Positions 22,306-32,469 of a stretch of DNA of 64,000 nucleotides are shown here, piece by piece; within the stretch, counting starts at the first letter, position 1, and the number at the start of each line of letters is the position of its first letter. This stretch comes from Sulfurimonas sp. (GTDB lineage Bacteria; Campylobacterota; Campylobacteria; Campylobacterales; Sulfurimonadaceae): the NCBI GenBank assembly GCA_030949825.1, contig JAUZSC010000031.1, positions 76,541 through 140,540 of the forward strand, in the 5' to 3' direction. Both the position numbers and the translations under genes were made by a program. The notes under the pieces were generated by a model. That model made no database searches. It had not been told where the DNA came from and saw nothing but the letters and a program-made list of their open reading frames with translations.

Positions 22306-23256
22306 ATGCAAGCGTATGATGAAGAAATGGAAATTGATAACGACATAATAGATGATGACGGTGATGAACTTGACTTAATAGCCCTTGTAAGTGCAAATGC
22401 AAATGATACAAGTCAGTATCTTATATTTGAAGGAAGTGATTCTCAGTTTTATGCTAAAAATGTATCAAAGATAGAAGAACTTCTTGTTTATAAAGATATT
22501 GATATTGCTAGAAACAATAGTGATGGACTCATTGTTGGAACAGCTGATATTCGTGGAAATATGACAACTATTGTTAATTTTGATCAGTGGTTCGGAAACA
22601 AAGTTCTTGATGAGAGTGAATATGAACTCATAATTTTAGCGCATTATGGTGGGCATAGGATGGGTATCGTCGTTAAAAGAGTGGAGTATATTGTAAATAT
22701 TCCACCAGAAACTATGCACGATAATTCGCAAAATGATGAAAAAACTTCTTTTATAACCCGGGTGAACATTGCACAAAAGAGTCAAATGTGTATTATTTTT
22801 GATAGTGATAAAATGCTTATAGATGTTTTTGATACTATTGATACAAAAGCAGCAGACGATACGAGTAAACTTGAAAAAATAGCAAATGAAAAACTTGTAC
22901 TTTTTGCTGATGACAGTAAGTTTATTCGTAAAATGGCAGAATCACTTTTTGTAAAAATGGGTCTAAAGTATAGAATGTATGAAAACGGACAATTACTTTT
23001 AGAAGACTTAAAACATATAGGTGTTGAGACGATAGCACTTTTTATTACAGACTTAGAGATGCCAGTGCTTGGAGGGCGTGATGTTATAGATAATATTCGT
23101 AATGAGAAAAAGTATGCTGGTATAAATATAATAGTGCATACAAATATGTCCAATGACAATATGGCAGAATCTCTAATAGATGCAGGTGCTCAAGATATTA
23201 TTGGTAAAGTAAATATGCTTGCACTTAGCGAAGCAATAGTAAAATATATAGTCTAG
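22306..23256 (+). CDS. cheV: CheV (CheW-receiver hybrid)
   Basis: GTADIRG CheW domain plus FADDS...TDLEMP receiver; acidic N-terminal extension. Confidence 0.88.
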   Translation: MQAYDEEMEIDNDIIDDDGDELDLIALVSANANDTSQYLIFEGSDSQFYAKNVSKIEELLVYKDIDIARNNSDGLIVGTADIRGNMTTIVNFDQWFGNKVLDESEYELIILAHYGGHRMGIVVKRVEYIVNIPPETMHDNSQNDEKTSFITRVNIAQKSQMCIIFDSDKMLIDVFDTIDTKAADDTSKLEKIANEKLVLFADDSKFIRKMAESLFVKMGLKYRMYENGQLLLEDLKHIGVETIALFITDLEMPVLGGRDVIDNIRNEKKYAGINIIVHTNMSNDNMAESLIDAGAQDIIGKVNMLALSEAIVKYIV

Positions 23257-23263
23257 GTTTATA

Positions 23264-24067
23264 ATGGCAATACTTTTAAAAGATAATGAGTTTTCTACCC
23301 TGCAAAAGTTAATTTTTAAAGAAGTGGGAATTGACTTACAAGATTCAAAAAAATTACTAGTACAAAGTAGATTACTTAAAAGACTTCTTTTTTATAAGCT
23401 TGACTCTTATTTGGACTATATACGACTCGTTCAGATGAATGCAACAGAGAGAATTGAGATGGTGAATCTGATCTCAACAAATGAGACCTATTTTTTTAGA
23501 GAAATTGACCATTATGAATACTTACAAAAAGAGATACTTCCTCTGCATCCATTTAAAGCCAAGTTTCGTTTTTGGAGTGCAGCATCTTCGGTTGGTGCTG
23601 AGGCATACTCTATAGCTATGACCTTAGATAAAGCTATGGCAAGAAATGATTGGGCAATTGTAGGAACTGATATAAATACAGAGGTAATTAAAAAAGCTAG
23701 AATTGGACTTTATCCAGAAAAGTGGGCAGATAAAATACCAGTAAGTTTAAAAAAAGAGTATTGTCTTAAAGGAAGAGGAAAACATGAGGGGCAGTTCTTA
23801 ATGGACAGAGGGCTGGTTCAAAATATGGAGTTTAAAGTAGGTAACCTTATGAAGTACAACACGCAAGTGGGACTCTTTGATGTAGTATGGCTTAGAAATG
23901 TACTCATCTACTTTGATGATAATACAAAGCAACTTGTAGTAGACAATGTAATAAAAAATCTCAAAGTAGGTGGATACTTTTTTATATCTTTAACAGAAAA
24001 TTTAAATATGATTAAGACGCCAAACCTTGAAGTGGTTTCTACATCTGTTTATAAGAAAGTAAGGTGA
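23264..24067 (+). CDS. cheR: Chemotaxis methyltransferase CheR
   Basis: TNETYFFRE, WSAASSVGAEAYS, GTDIN and RNVLIYFD motifs. Confidence 0.95.
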   Translation: MAILLKDNEFSTLQKLIFKEVGIDLQDSKKLLVQSRLLKRLLFYKLDSYLDYIRLVQMNATERIEMVNLISTNETYFFREIDHYEYLQKEILPLHPFKAKFRFWSAASSVGAEAYSIAMTLDKAMARNDWAIVGTDINTEVIKKARIGLYPEKWADKIPVSLKKEYCLKGRGKHEGQFLMDRGLVQNMEFKVGNLMKYNTQVGLFDVVWLRNVLIYFDDNTKQLVVDNVIKNLKVGGYFFISLTENLNMIKTPNLEVVSTSVYKKVR

Positions 24068-24071
24068 AAAT

Positions 24072-24898
24072 ATGCGTAAAAATTTAAAAATAGCTGTTGT
24101 ATCAAGCAAGGGAGGTGTAGGGAAAAGTACAATCTCTATGCAGTTAGTTGCTCCTTACTTGTTTGTTAAAAATGATAAAGAAGCTATCGCTCATTATGAA
24201 TTTGACGATGAAAATTCAGACTCATCAAGTTTTGGAGCGAGTCTCCTAGGTGATCGTAAACAGCTGAGTGTATCTTCACCTTTACTTCGAGAGGAACTTG
24301 CAGAAATTTTTGCTCAAGATAATTCTTTGTGTTTAGACATTGGAGCAAATAAAACGACGATGACACTCATAGAAGCACTCAATGACAGCGGTATGATTCA
24401 TTTTTTAGATGCAGTTGTTATTCCTATGCTTGATGGTGAACAAGATGGAATAAATGCAAGTTTTATCTATACAGTTTTAAAAGCATACAATCCAAAACTA
24501 AAATTTATTTTTGCACTCAACAGAGTAAAGGAAGCTGAATATGTAAAGTATCAGTTTGAAAATTATTTTGGTGATGCGCGCGGTATATTTAAAAACATAA
24601 ATGCAGTTGTAGATAACCTCTTTGACGAAGATAAAGAAAACTATATACTTATGCTTGATGATGAAGTTATAAATATAGTCGTAGATTTGGTTTAACTGTT
24701 TATGAAATGGTGCAGCAAAAAAAAGATTTTATTGCTGCTTTGGAACAGTCTTTCTCCAAGGCTGCAAAAAAAGATGAAGTTAAGTTATTAAGTTTTAAAA
24801 ACTATATAACAAAAAGTGCACTCAAGTATGAAAAAGATGTGCTATTACCCGCTTTTAAAAAGATGGATACTCTACTATACGGAGAAGAAAATGAGTAA
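24072..24898 (+). CDS. ParA/MinD-superfamily P-loop ATPase, StbB-like (frameshift near 24672)
   Basis: Deviant Walker A KGGVGKST, LDIGAN, FALNR; restoring one A joins it to ORF 24707..24898. Confidence 0.8.
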
Positions 24899-25800
24899 AA
24901 ATTATAGTAAATATGTAGAATTTCTAGCATCCAAATACAATATTTTATATATTGGAAAACAGAGTGAGAGAATTTATGATGAAACATCTACTTATTTTTT
25001 GTCAGCATCTAAAATAGATATGCTCGATACAATGTTAGATAAATTAGATACGGTTTTAATGAAGCGACATATAAATATAATAGTCATAGATGCAACAGCA
25101 AATACTACTTTAGTAGAAAAATATTACAAACACATTATGAAGTTCGATGAAGAAATGCTTACACTTTTACTTTACGAACCGACAAAGTATCATACCGTAT
25201 TTGATATAGCCGCAGGTGTAGATGCGGTTATTACATACCCAATAAATAAAGATATATTTCATAAAAAACTTTTTACGGTTTTAAGTCGTTCCTATGCAAT
25301 GAATTCTATAGGAAGAAGAGAGATTATAGTTAAAACAAAATTATGTTTATGAAGAAAAGCCTCTTGATACATTTTTTGATACATACGAGGGGAGTGCTCT
25401 TTTTATAGCAGATGATTTAGCCGATATGGTTCAAGAACTTAATGCAGGAAATCTAAGTAGTCAATTTTTACTTAATATTGCAAAAAATTTAGATGATATC
25501 GCAAATATATTTTCAAAAAACAAATATACAAGTTCAGTGACTTCTCTTTATGAAGATTTAGCTTCGTATCTTAGAGACTTAGATTTTAGTACTATAAAAG
25601 TAGAAAATATCTTAGGTTTTAGCTATCTATCGAATATACTAAGTGATGTATGTTCATATCTTATGGATATGTTTGTAGATAGAATTTTTAAAGATGTATA
25701 TGTGTTTGAAGATTCTCTAAAAAACAATATAGAGTATATGAAAAGTGTTTTAGAAGGTAGAAACCAAGAACAAGATAGTAGTAAATTAGATTTTTTTTAA
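24891..25800 (+). CDS. Pseudo-receiver plus unknown helical domain protein X1 (frameshift near 25335)
   Basis: Receiver-like NILYIG..IIVID..VDAVITYP; joins ORF 25426..25800; ends SKLDFF. Confidence 0.7.
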
Positions 25801-25818
25801 AATGAAGGTGAGATAAAA

Positions 25819-26883
25819 ATGATTAAATTATTTATAATAGACGATTCAGCACTTGTTAGAAATGAGTTTAAGAAAATCTTTGCAGGATTAAACGATATTA
25901 AGATTGTTGGAAGTAGTGTAAACCCTGTAGATGCATTTGAACTTTTTAAAAAAGTAGGCTTACCTGATGTTTTTATACTTGATATTGAGATGCCAAAAAT
26001 GGATGGTTTGACATTTTTAGAGATGATAGCTAAGCAAAAACCTATTCCTACCATTATATGTTCCACGCTTGTAACACGAGGAAGTTCATCTGCCATAGAT
26101 GCAATGAGAATGGGAGCTGTTGATATAGTGCTAAAACCAACTTCAAATATAAATGCATTTTTTGGAGATAAAAAAGAAGAGTTTATCTCTAAGGTAAGAA
26201 TCGCTTCAACAATCGCGTGCAAACTTTATAGCAAATATTCGAAGAAAAAGTACAAGTAAGGTTTTAGATATAAAGCAAGTCTCAAGTAGTGTTAAAGCGG
26301 TGAGTTCTCTTCCCCCATCGAAAAAAATCATAGCAATAGGAGCTTCAACTGGTGGTGTACAAATCTTAGAAGAATTACTTCTCCAGCTTGAAGTAAATCA
26401 TCCTCCTGTGCTTATAACGCAACATATGCCAGCTGGATTTACTGCTTCTTTTGCTGCAAGACTTAACCAAATACTAGCTTCTTCACATGTCAAAGAAGCA
26501 GAAGACGGAGATACTCTTATGCATGGTAGAGTCCTTATAGCCCCAGGTGATTTACATATGGAAGTGCATAAAAAAGGTTTTCAATATATTGCAGTACTTA
26601 AAAATTATCCAAAGGTTAATTCGCATAAGCCAAGCGTAAATGTACTTTTTCGTTCTATGGCTAAAGAAGTTGGACTCTTTGGTGTAGGTTTTATTTTAAC
26701 TGGTATGGGAGATGATGGAGCTACGGGACTTTTGGAGATGAAAAATGCAGGTGCATCTACTTATGCACAAGAAGAAAAAAGTTGTATAGTGTACGGTATG
26801 CCAAAAAAAGCTGTCGAACTAGGGGCTAGTAAAGAAAGCCTTAGTTTAGAAAAATAGCAAATATTATAAATACAGTGAGATAA
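25819..26883 (+). CDS. cheB: Chemotaxis methylesterase CheB with receiver domain (two indels)
   Basis: IIDDS..LDIEMP receiver; GASTGG, QHMP, HKPSV, LTGMGDDGA and YGMP motifs. Confidence 0.93.
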
Positions 26884-26884
26884 T

Positions 26885-27944
26885 ATGAAAACAATAATTA
26901 AACTAACTAAAGAATATGCTTCTAATTTAAACTGTCTTATATTAAATTGCAATGACAAGATTACAGAATTTATCGATATGTTTGAATCTTTATTTCAAAC
27001 TTCTACTTTAGTATCTGGTCTTAAAACAGATGATGATAATTTTTTAAAAGATATTGATATAGTTTTTTTATATGTAGATGAAATATTTAATGAGGCACAA
27101 GAAGATAAAATGAAAGAACTTATCTCTTTAATATCCCACGAAAGAGAATTGTTACCTATTTATTTGATTCAAAGCAATATGGAAAATAAAATCTTACAAG
27201 AAAAAATCCATAACTGTAATTGTGTAGATGGCTCTATTTCCTCTGCTTTTGATGAGAACTATATATATTCTTTTTTTATATAGAATTTTAAAAAGAATAA
27301 CTTCTATTAAGAGTTTAGAAGAATATATAAGTACTTTAGAAGGGCAATCTCTTAGTATTGAACCAGTATTAGCAGTTAAAAAAGACGAAGTAAAAGCTGA
27401 TACAACAGAAGTTAAGGTTACTAAGAAAAATCTAAAAAGAGAAGAAGATATACGCTCTACGCATACAGAAAAAACTTCAGCAAGTGAATTTGTCAGTACG
27501 CTTGATGATAGCATAATAGATAAAATAGAAGTTTTTACAGATGATTTAAATAGTCTTCTTGGTCTCGTGTATGATTTAGAAACAGCAGATGTAGCTATGT
27601 CCTTAGATATAATTTCTCGTATGGGTGAGAGCATTGACAATATATGCAGTACGCTTGAAGCCATGCTTGCTTTCCCAATTATTGTGAGAGCATTTTATGC
27701 TCTAAATCAGTTTATATTAGAATTAACTGAAATTGAATTAAGCCAAGAAGAGAAAAAAGCTATGTTTGTTACTATATTTATTGGTATGGTAGATGATTTG
27801 GAAAAATGGTTAGATATAATTTTTGTTCAACTATCTACGGATGATATTCATTATTTGGACGCTTCTTTTTCTTCAAATATTTTAGCAATAGAAACTACTT
27901 TTATAGAAGAAGAAGATGATGACGATGATTTAGAGTTTTTTTAA
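26885..27944 (+). CDS. Pseudo-receiver plus unknown helical domain protein X2 (frameshift in the T-run near 27275)
   Basis: N-terminus resembles the receiver of 380..1120 (FESLFQT vs LQSLFKT) but lacks the acidic pocket. C-domain ..DDIHYLDASFSSNI..DDDDDLEFF. Confidence 0.7.
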
Positions 27945-27949
27945 AACTT

Positions 27950-28213
27950 TTATATCTCATCATTATTCCAAGCCTCAACAGCCTTGACAAGATTTTCAAA
28001 ACCACTTACATTTCCTATGATGAAAATTTCATCTAATACATAGCAGCTTACTGTCTGGTCAAGATTAAGTAAAAAAATCGCATACTCATCAACTGAACGC
28101 CTATCTGTAGAAATAACCATCATCCCATCGACAGTATCGTTGAGGGTAGGAACTGCGTCGTATTCTACATTTATTAGTTTTTTTCCATCACTTATATAAC
28201 TTGCCATATGCAT
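27950..28213 (-). CDS. Hypothetical protein (~85 aa)
   Basis: ORF with GGAG RBS, convergent on the che operon. Confidence 0.65.
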   Translation of the reverse strand: MHMASYISDGKKLINVEYDAVPTLNDTVDGMMVISTDRRSVDEYAIFLLNLDQTVSCYVLDEIFIIGNVSGFENLVKAVEAWNNDEI

Positions 28214-28271
28214 CTCTCCCTAACTTTTAAAATGTATAAAAGAATACTACACTTTTTTAGTTACAAACCTT

Positions 28272-28280
28272 TGATATAAT
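28272..28280 (+). promoter_or_regulatory. Extended -10 promoter (TGnTATAAT) for nadE
   Basis: TGATATAAT ends 6 nt before ATG28287. Confidence 0.65.
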
Positions 28281-28286
28281 CGCTTT

Positions 28287-29093
28287 ATGAGTAAATATTC
28301 ACAAATAACAGAGTACTTGGAACATTTTTTAGACAATGAAGTTCGCAAGACGGGAATACAAAAAGTAGTAATAGGACTGAGTGGTGGACTTGATTCTGCT
28401 GTTGTTGCTGTTTTAGCACATCGCGTTTTTAAAGACGACTTGCTGTGTATAAAAATGCCATCACAGTATTCATCTAAAAATTCACTTGATGATGCAGATG
28501 AGTTATGCCGTGATTTTGGGCTTAAAAAGGAACTAGCATCTATAGAGCCTATGTTAAAAGCCTATGAAAAAATGAACCCTGACATGAATAATCTAAGACG
28601 GGGAAACTTCTCTTCACGGATGCGAATGTCTACACTTTTTGATATTTCAGCGAGAGAAAATGCCTTAGTCTTGGGAACAAGTAACAAGAGTGAACTTATG
28701 CTTGGCTATGGAACGCTTTACGGTGATTTAGCTAGTGCAATCAACCCTATAGGCGATTTGTATAAGAGCGAAGTTTTTGAATTAGCAGAGTATTTAGGTG
28801 TATCTTCTTGTATCATTAAGAAGCCACCCTCAGCCGATTTGTTTGAAGGTCAAAGTGATGAAGCTGATTTAGGGTATACTTACGAACAATTAGACTTTGT
28901 TTTAAAGCAGTATGTAGAAGAAAGATTGACAAAACAAGAGATACTTAAAAGCGGATGTAATGAAAAAATGCTAGACATGATAATTGAGCGAATTTTTCGT
29001 AATCATTTTAAAAGAAAAATGCCACTTATCGCTAAGTTGACATCAAGAACAATAAACCATGATTTTAATTATCCTAGAGATATAAGACTCTAA
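28287..29093 (+). CDS. nadE: NH3-dependent NAD+ synthetase
   Basis: GLSGGLDS, GTSNKSE, GYGTLYGD and PSADL motifs. Confidence 0.95.
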   Translation: MSKYSQITEYLEHFLDNEVRKTGIQKVVIGLSGGLDSAVVAVLAHRVFKDDLLCIKMPSQYSSKNSLDDADELCRDFGLKKELASIEPMLKAYEKMNPDMNNLRRGNFSSRMRMSTLFDISARENALVLGTSNKSELMLGYGTLYGDLASAINPIGDLYKSEVFELAEYLGVSSCIIKKPPSADLFEGQSDEADLGYTYEQLDFVLKQYVEERLTKQEILKSGCNEKMLDMIIERIFRNHFKRKMPLIAKLTSRTINHDFNYPRDIRL

Positions 29094-29109
29094 GGAAAAG
29101 GACATAAAT

Positions 29110-30237
29110 ATGAAAATAAAAATACCTTTTAGTAAGTTTGTAAATTCAAGAAAGACACATTCAAATGTAAGTGATGTTTTAGATGGTGAAGATATTAACC
29201 AAGTTGAAGAACTTGAGAGTGAATTTGCCGATTATATCGGTGCAGATTATGCTTTGTCTACTGCGCATGGAACAGATGCACTTCATTTAGCAATGTTGGC
29301 ATTTGATTTAAAACGTGGAGATAAGGTTGTGTGTTCTGTAAATGCACATCCAAATATTCCAGAAGTTGTTCGTCACTTTGATGCAGAACCTGTTTTTATA
29401 GACATAGATGCTGATACTTATAATATTAATCTTGATTTACTTGAGAGCTATTTAGAAGATAATCAATCAAAAAAACTCAAAGCGGTAATCGTTACGCATA
29501 TAGGTGGGAATACTGTTGATTTAGAAAGACTTTATTCGATGGCGAAAATTTACGGTGTAAAAATTGTTGAAGATGCAAGTGACGCTTTAGGTTCAACATA
29601 CAAAGGTGCAAAAATCGGCTCAACAGGTGCAGATATAACATGTTTTGACTTTTCTTCTCACTTAAAGAAAAATGTATGTAATGGTGGAATGATAGTTACA
29701 AATGATGAGGATGTAATGGAGCGAGCAAGACTGCTTCATAATCATGGAATTAAACAAGATGAGGATGCTTTAGAATATATTTACGAAGTTGTGGATATTG
29801 GAAATGACTATTGTTTAAGTGAGCTAAATGCTGCGTATATTCGAGCGCAAGTATCCCAACAAGATGCAAATATAAAAAGACAAAAAGAAATTGCTCAAAT
29901 GTATAACAAGGCTTTAGATGGTGTAGCGCATATAATGACTCCTGATGCTTCAAATGAAGAGCATCCCTATTCTTTATATATAGTCAAAATTGATAAAAAT
30001 CGTGATTCATTCGCAGTAGAGATGAAAAAAGAGGGAATTTTAACGGGTCTCCATTATATCCCTCTACATTTACTTGCTTACTATAAAACAAAATACTCAC
30101 TTCGCGTAAATGACTTTCCTGTAGCACTTCGTGCCTATCAGCAGGTTCTGTCTTTACCAATTTATCCGAGTATGGACGATAAAGATGTTAAATTTGTTTG
30201 CGATAAAATTAAAAAAATAGCGTCTTCAAGAGTTTAA
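29110..30237 (+). CDS. DegT/DnrJ/EryC1/StrS family aminotransferase
   Basis: GTDALHLA, VEDAS, HYIPLH and LSLPIYP motifs. Confidence 0.88.
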   Translation: MKIKIPFSKFVNSRKTHSNVSDVLDGEDINQVEELESEFADYIGADYALSTAHGTDALHLAMLAFDLKRGDKVVCSVNAHPNIPEVVRHFDAEPVFIDIDADTYNINLDLLESYLEDNQSKKLKAVIVTHIGGNTVDLERLYSMAKIYGVKIVEDASDALGSTYKGAKIGSTGADITCFDFSSHLKKNVCNGGMIVTNDEDVMERARLLHNHGIKQDEDALEYIYEVVDIGNDYCLSELNAAYIRAQVSQQDANIKRQKEIAQMYNKALDGVAHIMTPDASNEEHPYSLYIVKIDKNRDSFAVEMKKEGILTGLHYIPLHLLAYYKTKYSLRVNDFPVALRAYQQVLSLPIYPSMDDKDVKFVCDKIKKIASSRV

Positions 30238-30245
30238 CTAAAACT

Positions 30246-31154
30246 TTGAAAAAATCTCTTGTTTTTTGGATTGAAGAATATTTCTACAATCCAAATACGC
30301 TTCAAAAAATCATTTCTTTTTTATTGTTACCCCTTTCTTGGCTCTATTGTTTACTTATGTATGTACGTTTTAAAAATAAGACAGAAGAAGACTTTGCTGT
30401 GCCGATTATTAGTATAGGTAACCTTAGTGTTGGTGGGAGTGGAAAAACACCACTTACAAGTGCATTAGCCGAGCATTACCAAAACACGGCAATCGTACTT
30501 CGTGGTTATGGACGAGAGAGTAAAGGTTTATATGTCGTTAAAGATTCTGAAAATATTTTATGCGATGTATCTGTGAGTGGTGATGAGGCTATGATTTATG
30601 CAAAAAAAGTAGCATCTGCCATAGTCATAGTAAGCGAAGATAGAAAAGAAGGGATATTTAAAGCTAAAGAGATGGGCGCACAGATAATCTTTTTAGACGA
30701 TGCCTATTCTAAGCACGATATTAAAAAATTAGACTTCCTTATCGATGTAAAAACAAAAAACAATGCATGCCTTCCCTCTGGAGCTTTTAGAGAAAGATTA
30801 TGGGCTACAAAGCAGGCTATAGTGTTAGAAGATGGCATTGATTTTAAGAGGGTAGTTCAGCTTAAAGACAAATATGATAAAATGTCACTTATAACAGCTA
30901 TTGCTAGACCACAACGATTAGATGAATTTCTTCCGAGTGTTGTGAGTAAAACTTATTTTGAAGACCATCATGTCTTTAAAAAAGAAGAATTAGAAGAAGT
31001 CTTAAAAAGAGACGGCTCTGATTCTCTTCTTGTAACATATAAAGATTTTGTAAAAGTACAGTCCTTTGGACTCCCTTTATCTTTACTTGATTTACATGTA
31101 GATGTAGATGCTGAAATATTTGAAATTATCGATAATTATATTAGGACTAACTAG
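30246..31154 (+). CDS. lpxK: Tetraacyldisaccharide 4'-kinase
   Basis: IGNLSVGGSGKTP, RGYG, GDEA, LDD, FEDHH and TYKD motifs. Confidence 0.93.
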   Translation: MKKSLVFWIEEYFYNPNTLQKIISFLLLPLSWLYCLLMYVRFKNKTEEDFAVPIISIGNLSVGGSGKTPLTSALAEHYQNTAIVLRGYGRESKGLYVVKDSENILCDVSVSGDEAMIYAKKVASAIVIVSEDRKEGIFKAKEMGAQIIFLDDAYSKHDIKKLDFLIDVKTKNNACLPSGAFRERLWATKQAIVLEDGIDFKRVVQLKDKYDKMSLITAIARPQRLDEFLPSVVSKTYFEDHHVFKKEELEEVLKRDGSDSLLVTYKDFVKVQSFGLPLSLLDLHVDVDAEIFEIIDNYIRTN

Positions 31155-32005
31155 TGCAAAAGAAAATACAAACAGTAAAAACTCTCCTTGACGCTTTACC
31201 ATTTATAAAAGAATTTAACAAAGAAATCGTAGTTATAAAATACGGTGGTTCAGCACAATCATCTTCAAAGTTGAGGGAAAGCTTTGCAGAAGATATCTTG
31301 CTTATGTATCTTGTGGGAATACGACCGGTTATTATTCATGGCGGTGGGAGTAAGATTACAGAGATGCTCGATGCACTTAGTATTGAGACTTCATTTATAG
31401 ATGGTCAAAGAGTTACTACCAAAGAAGTTATGCGAATAGCTGAAATGGTTTTAAGTGGAGAGATAAACAAAGATTTAGTTTCGCTTTTAAATTCACATGG
31501 TGCAAAAGCTATTGGTATAAGTGGTAAAGATGCTCACTTTATTAGAGCTGAGGCAAAAGACTATGCAAAATGGGGCTTGACAGGAAATATTACTGATGTT
31601 AAAGCAGAAGTTGTATGTAACTTGATGGCAGAAAAATTTATTCCTGTTATCGCTCCAATAGCTGCAGGGGAAGAGCTAGGTCACCCAGGTTACAATATAA
31701 ATGCGGATTTGTGTGCCTCGTATGTTGCTAAAGCAATAGGTGCAAATAAAATAATTTTTCTAACAGATACGGCAGGTGTTCTTGATAATGATAAAAATCT
31801 CCTCGATACGCTTACGCAAGGAGAAGTAGAAGCGCTCAAAAAAGATGGAACGATTCATGGCGGAATGGTACCTAAGGTAGATGCATGTTTAGAAGCGATT
31901 AATGGTGGTGTGAAAAAAGCACATATTATCGATGGTAGACTTGAACACTCAATGCTTTTAGAACTTTTCACCTCTGAGGGTGTGGGGACTCAGATTGTTC
32001 AGTAA
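31154..32005 (+). CDS. argB: Acetylglutamate kinase
   Basis: VIKYGG, HGGG, NINAD and GGMVPKV motifs. Confidence 0.96.
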   Translation: MQKKIQTVKTLLDALPFIKEFNKEIVVIKYGGSAQSSSKLRESFAEDILLMYLVGIRPVIIHGGGSKITEMLDALSIETSFIDGQRVTTKEVMRIAEMVLSGEINKDLVSLLNSHGAKAIGISGKDAHFIRAEAKDYAKWGLTGNITDVKAEVVCNLMAEKFIPVIAPIAAGEELGHPGYNINADLCASYVAKAIGANKIIFLTDTAGVLDNDKNLLDTLTQGEVEALKKDGTIHGGMVPKVDACLEAINGGVKKAHIIDGRLEHSMLLELFTSEGVGTQIVQ

Positions 32006-32030
32006 AATTTGATATAATGCACCTAATAGT

Positions 32031-32450
32031 ATGAATAAACTACTTTTACAAACTTTTATAGTTCTTGCATTAGCTTACACACATAGCTTTGCAAATGAAT
32101 ATAAAGATATTGTAAACATAGAACTAAAAAAAGATGAATATAAAAAAATTCTTGTTAAATATGGTGCCACGCAGCGTCTATTTAAATTTAGATGGACACT
32201 TTTTACTAATGGCGGTTTGGTGATTTTTAAATCTTTTGACAGAATTGTAAGTCAAAATATTCTTTATTTGAGACATAAAAATCAAAGTTTTAGAGTGGAG
32301 TTGATGACAAGAGGTGCTAATCCTTATGCGGTTCCATATATTTTAGTAAAGTTTAATGAATTTGATTATGAAACTAGCAAAGCAAAATTTCAACTTTTCT
32401 TGTCAGATCCAAATTCAAAAGTTGCTTTAGAGTACTTAGATGATAAATAA
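32031..32450 (+). CDS. Hypothetical exported protein
   Basis: Signal peptide ending SFA; FRWTLF motif. Confidence 0.7.
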   Translation: MNKLLLQTFIVLALAYTHSFANEYKDIVNIELKKDEYKKILVKYGATQRLFKFRWTLFTNGGLVIFKSFDRIVSQNILYLRHKNQSFRVELMTRGANPYAVPYILVKFNEFDYETSKAKFQLFLSDPNSKVALEYLDDK

Positions 32451-32469
32451 AAACAAAGGTGCGTGAATA

